Positions 53,803 to 64,000 of a stretch of 64,000 bases of DNA are shown one piece after another (positions within the stretch are counted from its first letter, which is position 1; each line of letters opens with the position of its first letter). The position numbers were made by a program, and so were the translations under genes. The notes under the pieces were generated by a model. It searched no databases. It saw nothing but the letters and a program-made list of their open reading frames with translations, and was not told the origin of the DNA. This DNA comes from Octopus sinensis. Its lineage: Eukaryota. The stretch spans positions 136,834,001 through 136,898,000 of the forward strand of contig NC_042999.1 in NCBI RefSeq assembly GCF_006345805.1, read 5' to 3'.

Positions 53803-56800
53803 TTATACATAAGCATCCACTACATGGTATGTTTGATAAGGTGCTTGATATTTTTGGTATGAAATTATAAAGCTTGTTTATTGGTTAGCAACATCTTTTC
53901 CCGCATGATAGCTGATTCTTAGTTGAAAGAAGAATTACGTCAGTGCCTGCTGAAAAGAAGATTTTTTCCATGGAAGAACTTAACAAGATTCATACGATTC
54001 TCTTCATTCTTTTACATTTATATAACTATAAGAAAATATATTGATATATTTAGTTAGATCCTTTTATGTTCTGAGTTTAATTCTTACTCAGGTTGACCTT
54101 GGTAAATGTAAGAAAATATATTATTACATTAATGTAACTATCATAAGAAACTTGTAAAATATATTTCTAGTCATTTCTGTAAAACATATTGTCTATGTTT
54201 ATACAACTCATCATTCAACCACAAAAGTTTGTAACTTTTTTTGCCCTTGTAAATAATAAATTAATGTCATGGCTTACTTTTTTCAAAACCTTTTCTTCTA
54301 TACTTAATGTTATTATCAATTTGTTTTCTGTTAGACTTTATTTTTTTTTTTTTTTGTTTAAGCTCATGATATATTTTGTTTGTTTTCATTTATATCTCCT
54401 CTCCAACATGTTTCTTCATCACGTTCTGAGCAATTTATATGCTCTCGGCAGTTTATACCATTAAAACTTCCACTAACAGAAACTAATCAAAGCTCAAAAA
54501 TAATTTGGCATTTGCTTTCTTTCTTTTTTCTTTAATTGCTACAGTTACTGACACAGTGAGGAATTTTTAGCTATTTGTTAAAAAATAAATAGATAGGTTA
54601 TTTTTATATACAATTTCAAAAATAATTAACTGCTAAAAGTTCCTCTCTATATTTTATTATTCCTAAAGACTATAAAACGAGCAAATCTTCCTTCCATAAA
54701 ATTTATTTTAATTAACATTTAACTGAATATAAATGAATGCATCTTTACATCTCACAGCATCCTTTGGGATTTTTCATTTGAAATATTCATTTGGAGCAAA
54801 AGTTTTAATATCTTTTATTTTGCTTTTAAATCTTTTTAATGTATCAAACTGATTGTTAATCCTAATGGCCTTATCCTTCATAATAAAAAATGTGAATTTT
54901 ACTTCAGTAATCCTTCTACTGAAGATAAAACCACATTTAAAACTTTAAGTACCTTCACTGATGAATATAATATTTTTCATCTGATAAAAACAAGCCAAGG
55001 AAAATTTAAAATGAGATTTATTTAATTGTTGGTTAGCCTTAATTAATTGAACTGGTCCAATGGTCTGTGTTTTCCATTGAAGTTATGATGTGGATAGCAT
55101 AAAGTTAGTAAAATCAATATTTAGTTATAGTTATTTTAGATTTCAATTTCAATTGGTATTGAACACTTTCTTTTGATTGAAAAACTACATTTATGTGAAT
55201 GTTGGCCTGGATAATGTTGAATTTTGATTTATTAATGTTGCTTTTGTAGTTTATATTCACCTCTCTGTACATTTTGTATCAATGTATGTGGCAGATGTGG
55301 AGGATGAGATGTTGTGAGACACATTCCACCATGGAAGAATAGATGTATTTCTTTTTTTAATTATCTAATCAGGATAGTCAGTGTCAGTGGACTTTTTCAG
55401 AACTTCTAAAATTCATGGGAGGAAGGCAGTCTAAAACTGGAAACCTCACTTAATATTTAAGGGTCAGAAATGATAAATAACTCCAAATGAGAGCTGACAC
55501 ACAATAGAATAGATTCTTTAGTTCCCCATGCTCAGAACAACCTCTCTGATGCTGATGACATGTTAAAATGCACCTAGTAAGTTCCGTAAGGAGATTAGTG
55601 ATAGGAAGGACATCTAACCGTAGAAATTATGTCTAAAAAATAAAGCAGACAAACAAAACATTGACACTTCAAGCTATCTCATAAGGCTACCCATCTAGAA
55701 GGGTATTAACTCTGAATATAAGCACTGATTTTTAGTAAAAGGGCCCGTTTAGTCCACCCACATGAGATCATATCTCTAGTGTTAGTGATATGATAAAATG
55801 CACTGATTCCATACTGGAAGACATACACAACAACAAAGTAGGCCAGCTTTCTCTTGTTTGTATGCAAGATGACACAAACTGGTATGACTGGCAAGATCCA
55901 TCTCAGCCATGCCAGCATGTATGTGCAATGATAATGGGGATCATGAGAGGTGCAACTTTAAACAGAAAAATATTGGTTGTGATAGGAATTCCAGAAGGTT
56001 GTATCAAAGGAACATCCTTTCTTTCAGTTATAGTGTATTTAAACCCACATTATTTCATATGCCCTATTTTTTAAATGGTGAATTGTGGGAGATTTGGTTG
56101 GTATGTCTACATGGGAGATTTGGCTAGTATTTCTTTCATTAGCTCATAAGTATATGCACTGAGTGGAAGTGAAACAGAGAAACAATCAATAGAAGAAAAA
56201 TAGATACTCTTTTAAATAGGAACTTAGTTCTGTGATATGTCAGGAGTTAGATATTGTAACCAATATTTGTTGGTTAAGTTAGTTTTCTATATATTTTTGT
56301 AACTGACTTTGGGGAGTTTAATAGAGGGAAAATCAAAAGCTAGAGATATTTTGAGAAAGATATGGTAATTATTATATCTAGCCTTGGCACAAAGCCTAAA
56401 ATTTGGAGAATGGGAGGAGATAGTTGATTATGTCAACCTCAGTACTTGATTGGTATTCTATTTTATTAACCACAAAAAGATGAGAGGCAGTTGTGGAGAT
56501 GTTTTATTTCTAGATAAATATACTCAAGTCTATGGCAAGCAAATATAGAAAACCCAAATGAAGACAATGTTCTCATGTTCAAAGGTCTAAACATGCTTGA
56601 AGTAAAATTTTCAATTAAGTTTAAAATTAATGATTTGTTAAGTTGGTTTCTGAAACATACTTCAACCTACAGAGACTGAAAAGATTAGCTGTGAGCTGGG
56701 AAGAAACCTATTCATATTCAATAATATTCCATGATAATGCACCATTATGAAATTAATATGGCTTCAACAAAATTATGTTAATCCAATAGTTTTGTTTACA

Positions 56801-57387
56801 TTTGTTGCTTCAGTCAAGCTCTATTGTTTAGACTATTGTTATTATACCACCAGAGTCTACATATTTGATTTTATTTATTAGACTGATATTCTAGGGATTT
56901 GGTCTTATACTTTTGCTATTTACTATACCAATACAAATAATCTCTGCTTAGCTGATTTTGAGGAATACTTTTTTCCTAATATACTTATTTGATCTATACA
57001 AGTAACTTTTAGTAAGCTCAGTTCTCGTGATTCTTTTTAACTTGTTTTATGTATTGGCCTTGTATAAGAATTTGATTTCTTTTTGATAAATTCTACAAAG
57101 GAAAAATCCAGTGTTTGGAAGTGTGTGTGTGTGTGTGTGTGATCGAAAAAATAAAATAGACTGACAAAGACTCTTGAAAATGTAAAATCCAAATATTCTG
57201 TTTTTCAAACCTTTTGACTTACATTTTCTTTTGAAGATTCAATAAGCAAATGTTGGTAATTTCTTCTTTTCTTTTTTATCCAAATATATTTAGTCATTTT
57301 CTCTGTGATTATTGAATTGATTCTACTTCAACTTTCCGAAAAGAGGATAATGTGATGTTATAATTAGTTTTATCTACTTATCATCTG

Positions 57388-57423
<36 letters not shown>

Positions 57424-59844
57424 AGATTTAGATTTCTAATACACTTTTAGCAATTCCATTTTGGTGGTAAAAATTCCTCATTAGTATATTTTTGGTAACA
57501 TCAGTTTGCTATTATGAAATACATTATTTGATCAGTCATGTGCTTTTTATATCGATTGCATATTATTCCTAACTTTGCCATTAATTACACTGATTGTTGC
57601 TTAAATATTATGGTATGTATTTAGTGAAAACTTTATCAAATCTTGTGTCTTTACAGTTAATGCTTTTTTCTCTAATTTTGTTTTAAATTTCTAATAATAA
57701 AGTTTTTGAATTTTAAAAGAGAATTTATGCATGTGATTGTATTAGGTGTTAGAGAATGTGTTGCTACATAAGGTAAAACTTTTTTACTGCTGTTTGCTCA
57801 ATATATCTATTTCTTCTTGTTTCAAAGACTACATTGAAACTATTAATTTTTATTTCTATGCTGTTCTTTAATAAGAGTTGTCAAAGTAGCTTTTTTGTGT
57901 CTCTCCTACACATGCGTACACACAAACACACAATAGAACTTATGTAATGTCAATCCTCTAGTTGTAAGTGTTGATTTCCATGAAGGTTTGCTTTTGTTCA
58001 GTCCACAATCAATAGATGTTATTGATCAAAGACCATTCAGAAAGCAACCATTGAATAGTCTGGCTTAAATCCAAAATAAGGTCCAATTAATTTCAACTAC
58101 AAAAGGGTTAAGAATCTATTGAGGTCTCTGGATAGGTCAATAAAAGTCTAGTTAGTCAGATGCAGTTTCAATGTGAATGTGGCAAACATGCACTAGATTG
58201 CCAGTTCACTGATAGTGTGAGATTTATGTGATTGCGTCCAGTGCTTAATTTGCCAATAATGTTTAATGGGGCATAGCTAAATACAAATTCACTCAATGCT
58301 GTTAGAAATCAACAGTTGTCTATAAAATTCTGACAAAACTTTATGAATAGTGTGTCCCCAACTTGATGTAAAGCTATTATGCTTACTCCATCCATCCACT
58401 GCTATATTTTTAAGTGTTGTTCTCCTAATATCACTGATCTCTGTTCATTTCTTTAGATAAATATTAAAATATATATTCATTGATTGTTCAAAAGCATGAC
58501 CTAAAAGCATTTACTTCATTCTAGATTATAGTGGTAAGATTAAACATAATTTAGTGAGTAGACTGTGTATAAAATGTTAGCATTCCAAACGAAGTGAGAA
58601 TTTTTATTGCATAAAACTTTCCCTTTTGATGTACCAAATCTAAAAAGGATTTCTGAATAAATTTATTAATTTCAAAAGATGGGTATATAGATAAAGTTTA
58701 TACTTCAATCAATTAAATTAAAACTAAAAGGTGTTTTCTGAAAAAATAAAATTAGAGTGCCTGATCTAAAAACAATCAAATTTTATGTAAAAAAAAAACA
58801 AACAAAACTACTAAGTGTATCTAGATTATAGGATAATACAAGTTATAGCTTTCCTTTGCAGTGATCCATTCTGAATTATTGGTTTGTGACAATATAGTTG
58901 AGTGGGGTGGGGGTTAATATTATATAGTTATTTGTAATACAGGCTTTGGTTAAAATGATTTCTAATTTTAGCTGTGATATAAATATATATATACCTTTCT
59001 GATATCAATAAAAAAAAAACCCTTTTTGCTCCTATTATCATGTCAATGTGTTGTATATTATCTTGCCAATATTTATGCTCACACTGATATCCAACAGAGC
59101 TCAGAAATATGATTAAACACCCAAAACAAAACAACCTGACAGAAATTATGTTTCTAATAATAAATCTCATTAAAAGGTAATTTCTGGATGATTCACAAAC
59201 CATTTTTCTTTCACCAAGCAACATGACAGGTGACACAGCAAAATAATAGTGACTCTTTAGTAGTTTAGTTTCTTGTTTGACTATAACTTAGTTTTGTCAG
59301 TAGATTATTCTAAAGTGTGTGTTGTTTTATCATTGTGCATTTCTACTTCAGTTTTGGACAATATGTCAATTTCAGGAAACATGCATATTTGATTTATTTT
59401 CTATTGTAAATTAAAATATCATTTTGATTTTCTTAAAGGTTTCTCTATTTCATTATTGTTCTTAGATATATCAATGTTGTTGCTTTATAGCACAGATACT
59501 TTCCATTATATTTCGCCAATCTCAGCACAAATTGTCTACACATTCAAATCAGAATAATAACTGAAATAAAACAACTTAATGAACCATTCTTTTGTATTGT
59601 TTGCTGAAGAAGGACAGATCTTTTGTTTGTCCATTCTAGTTTGTGAAGTAGAGATAACTAAAGTTGTTTATCTTCAGGTTTGTATTGAACATACCAATGG
59701 TCAAAAATAGTCCATATATGACCATCCTTTATTTTGAAAGGAGTATTATGTATCTTGGACTACATTATCCAATATGTTCATCTATGTTAAGTACTTGGTT
59801 ACTGAGGACAGCTAAACTTAACTATTAAATAACAAAGCTATCAA

Positions 59845-59886
<42 letters not shown>

Positions 59887-61776
59887 GATTTTTTCTTAAT
59901 TAGTTGAGATACAGGCTTATGACTTCCTTCTCATGAGATGTGTAGTTTTCAGTGTTGCAAGAAGATTTAAGTTTCAAGTGTACATGGCAAAGTATCCTGG
60001 AAGTTTTCATTCATGAGCTTGTGAAGGATTACCGAAAGATATTGAGGTTACCAATGAACAAGGTGATGGAGATCTGCAGAAAGAATGTCATCAATATAGG
60101 AATGACTTGTAGAATAATGTATATTATCCATAGGCACAGTAGAGTATATGTACTAATTCAAATCAAAATTATGGACCAACGGCCAATGAGGCAGCCATTT
60201 CACCTCACTCAGTATTAATATTATGAAATTTGTTCAACATATTTTTGGTATTCAAAGAAAGAAGGAAAATAACATTGTAAAATGAAGCAAAACAACAAAA
60301 TTTAAATCCTTATATTGACTTATGAATAACCAGACTGTGAGTCAGCAGATTCACACATATCTCAAATTGCAGAGAATATAAATAATTATTTTAATAGTCT
60401 TCCTTTCTTTGCTTTTTTTTTTTTTTTTCTGCATCAATTTTCTATTCTGGCATGAGTTAGACAATAGTACAACTTTACATATCTATAAGTGTTCCTGGAG
60501 CAAATGATATACGGTTGTATCTCTACCCCCCCCCCCCATGCCAAATTCACCAGCCTTATGAAGTAACAGAAACAAGTTTTAAAAAAATCTAAGGAGATAA
60601 CTCTTAGTATGATGTGTAACTGATGAAGGATATTGTTCTTCTAGAGAACTATTTCAATAAAGAAAGATGAAGAAAGCTTATAACATATATGATTTCTGAA
60701 CATATTATGATATAAGTAGCGGCTTGGTTGTATGTTCTTTGAGGGATGAATTTTGGTCAGAGAGCGCAAAAGAGAAAGAGAGAGCAGTCATGAGGATTGT
60801 AATGGAATATAGATAAAGAGCACAAAAATTATAGTTTCAATTGATTTCTACAAGTTCCCAATGATGTTTATTGTTACTACACAACATAAAACTATCTTCA
60901 ACTCGATGTCAACTTTGTGCCAGTCATGTGTTATATCATGTTTCATTAGTTCTGTAAGAAATTTTACAGCATTCTTTGTTATTCCACTTCACTAAAAATT
61001 CTCCAGACCTCTGACCAAACATGACATAAGAAAAATAGAGGGGGAAAATAAAATAAAAAAACAATGCAAACATAATGACAAGGGAAGTATAACAGTATTA
61101 ATTTATGTTTTTCTGGTGAAAGGGATGTCTGCAAGTTTACTGACCAGGTTAAGCTGACATTTTTCATGGATTTAAATAGATCACTTAAAAACCAATGCAA
61201 TTCTGTCTATGCTTCAAAAGCCCAAAGAAAGAAAGGCTTTATTGTCCCCTGCTGGCAGTTGTCTTCAAGTGACTAACTTGTTAAAATACTTGATTCTTTA
61301 TGCTTGCTTGGTCTCCACTTAGCATTATTATAATTCAACAAAACAGTGTATTCAACTAGATGAAAAACAAGAGACATGCATGCCTGGTTACCTCTTTTTT
61401 GCATGCTATCTGCTTTCATGTGTTCTCTGCTCTGTTTTTCACTGCAAATTGTTGTTTTCAGATTCAGTCAACTAAAAATCATTTTTAAGCATAAGTATAA
61501 ATATGAAAGAAAAATGTTTTTAGTTTTTATATTATTATTATGATTGCTATACAAATGATCATAAAACATCCATATCTAGAATTGAACAATTTTGAAATCA
61601 ATATTGTTAAAGTTATGGATTTTATTTCTAAAAGAAGAAAAAAAAAAAGAATCGACCTTTGTAGAAATAAAATCACCGATAAATGTATTAAATGACTATT
61701 TTATGTAATAGTAACAAGGAGAAAAGTATAGCATACAACTGCTTAGTCCATGTGAATGAATGTACCTATTGAATGC

Positions 61777-61877
<101 letters not shown>

Positions 61878-64000
61878 TTTAGGCATAGCAACATGTTTCT
61901 GTTCTGTGTGTATGTATGCAAACACATATTTGCAGATTTGTTGAGGTAAAAAGACTCACCATACAGATAACTGTGCTGCTGAAATTTTCAGTGATTTTCA
62001 TAAGATTGCAATTTCTATCAGATATAAATTTATTTTAAGCTTAGTGGCACTTTACAGTTTACTACATGGATAATCTACATTGAAATATATCCAGTATCAA
62101 TGAAGTGCCAGTAATATAATAATTTCAGTCATTTATGAACACATAGTTAGTTTTCAACTCCAAAGTTAACTTTGGTGTAAATAAGCTTAAGAACACAAAA
62201 GTAAACTCCTCAAAATATATACTGCTTCTAACTGGGGAGGATCAAGTTTTGTTGTTCCTTTCAGTGGACACCTGCATACATGTTTTTGTGTGGTTCTAGA
62301 TTGAGAGAGATATTTCCAGTTGTTTGTATCTATAATAATTAGAGATTTCTACTAAAACTTACTTGTGCTGATGCAGAAATAAATAAAACAAAATTAGTAT
62401 TTGTAGCACTGAAAATTAGAGAAAATATTCTCCACTGCTTCAGCTATTTAGTCAAATATTTAAAAAATTGAAAAATTGTATTAGGAAAGTACACTTTAAA
62501 TTTGTAACTTTTACTCTGTCTTTGATCACTTTGGAAAAGCCAAAGGAACTTTTATATACAAGATATATATCTTTCTTTTTGTTATTCTGAGAAGGTGAAT
62601 TCAGACCCCATAATATGTAAAAGTTCTTTTAGTAAGTAAAAGATGTCAGTGGGAGAGAGTGATGAAATATGAAATCATTAAAATATAGTTGATTTTATCT
62701 ACTTAAGCTTCCTGTGTCTTTCATCTGAACAAGACCTGACAAGTTGCAGGAAATAGCTCTTAGTAATCTATTCCGTTTTTGGATTTGACTGGGCAGTTAT
62801 GAGAATGGGAAGTTGCTCGGAAGAAAAGCATGATTTTGGTTTTTACTTTTATAATTGAAGAATTTTATTCTATTTTGTGGAAGAAAATTATGGTCACCTA
62901 AATCTAACCTAATGGGAACCAGTTCAGTATCAGTCATTTACTGTGTACTTCATACTTCATTCTGGTGTTTATGTTTTATCAGTGATTGAAAGCAAGAGTT
63001 GAAGAAATGTTTTTAGTCAGAGAATGACATAGTAGCTTTGATGCTAAATATAATGTTAAGCATTTGTCATAGAGGTTAAATTTATGCTTTTACCAAAAAG
63101 TGAAGTTTATTACTCCAGTAAAATATATTCAAGTTTGGAGTACTTACACTCAGTAGCATTAGTCTGTTGTTGATTATATATCCATGAATTATTTTTTCAC
63201 ATGTAGATTGTTACAATCTTTCGGTTTGGTTTGGGTTTTCTTTTTTTTTTTCCTCATTTGAAAATATTGATGTTCCATTGTAGTGCTAGTTTTAAAATAA
63301 ATCTCCTTGATAAAATAACAAACATATTTGAATTTAGATAGGTTTTGGCAGACAGAATCATGTATTAAATATTTGTCTTCCATGAAAATAAGATTAGAAA
63401 AGATTCTATCTTACATCAAAAATTTTGTGATGCTTCTTTATATACATTGTTTATTTCTGCTCTCTACACATTGTTAACACTACTGTTGTCTACATTTGAC
63501 TTATATTATGAAAGTATTATGGACTAAATATTTTTCTTTGTATACATTTCTTCTAGAAAGCTAACGGAATTTTTTCTTTTAATTTAGTATCTTCATCTAT
63601 AAATTTCACAACTTTTGATTGAATATAAATCTTAGAGAAGGAAGTTGCCAGATTTGTTAATTATTGTTTCTTAACAACTCTAGCCTGTGATACAAATTAT
63701 AGTCTGAATATTGCACTTGTATGGAAGAAGAGAATATTTATAGCTTGAGTATAACAGCATGTTTGCTCTTGTGATGTCTTGCTAGTCAATTTTTATTTTC
63801 TTTGTGTTGGCAGTTGTTCAGAAGACAAACTAGCACTGTTTCTGTAGATTTTATTGTTTTCAAATATTTTGTTTTTATTTGTAATTTACCAATAATGGCT
63901 TCATTGATATTTTACATGAAAATATTGAATTTTATTTCTTTAGCATACATATCACTGGGTACATTACACTTTATTCGCAACTCATTGTTTCCCTCGGTCA

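Noticed and set aside
59952-60218. 88-aa ORF in a coding-looking patch
   Set aside because: No recognisable domain; possibly a decayed transposon, but unsupported.

Overview
AT-rich, repeat-dense eukaryotic genomic DNA. The SINE types, (TA)n/(ATT)n load and intron sizes look like an octopus or other coleoid cephalopod genome; this is inferred, not proven. The only host coding sequence I can support is five + strand exons (1172-1291, 6539-6724, 11205-11344, 14385-14481, 35931-36053; 666 nt). They have GT-AG boundaries and compatible phases, and splice into an EGF-like domain plus the last laminin-G domain of a Neurexin IV / Caspr (CNTNAP)-type protein. The upstream exons and the stalk, transmembrane and tail exons were not found in the window. 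The rest is intron: tRNA-derived SINEs, decayed CR1-, RTE- and R4/Dong-type LINE fragments, MITE-like elements and kilobase TA/TG microsatellite arrays. Nearly all long ORFs in the supplied track are repeat artefacts. I found no evidence for a novel multi-gene system. The unexplained signal is structural: (i) a perfect 33-bp inverted repeat about 3 kb apart in one intron, enclosing a fold-back of ~335-bp tandem units; (ii) a 1.9-kb TA array bracketed by a 30/31 inverted repeat; (iii) a ~105-bp-arm palindrome between (TA)n tracts; (iv) a retroelement nest whose junctions are mostly (ATT)n; (v) a 20-nt microexon candidate; (vi) sense-strand A-to-G bias in the giant arrays. Several of these would form dsRNA in a neural pre-mRNA. 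Repeat boundaries are approximate and identities are by-eye estimates.
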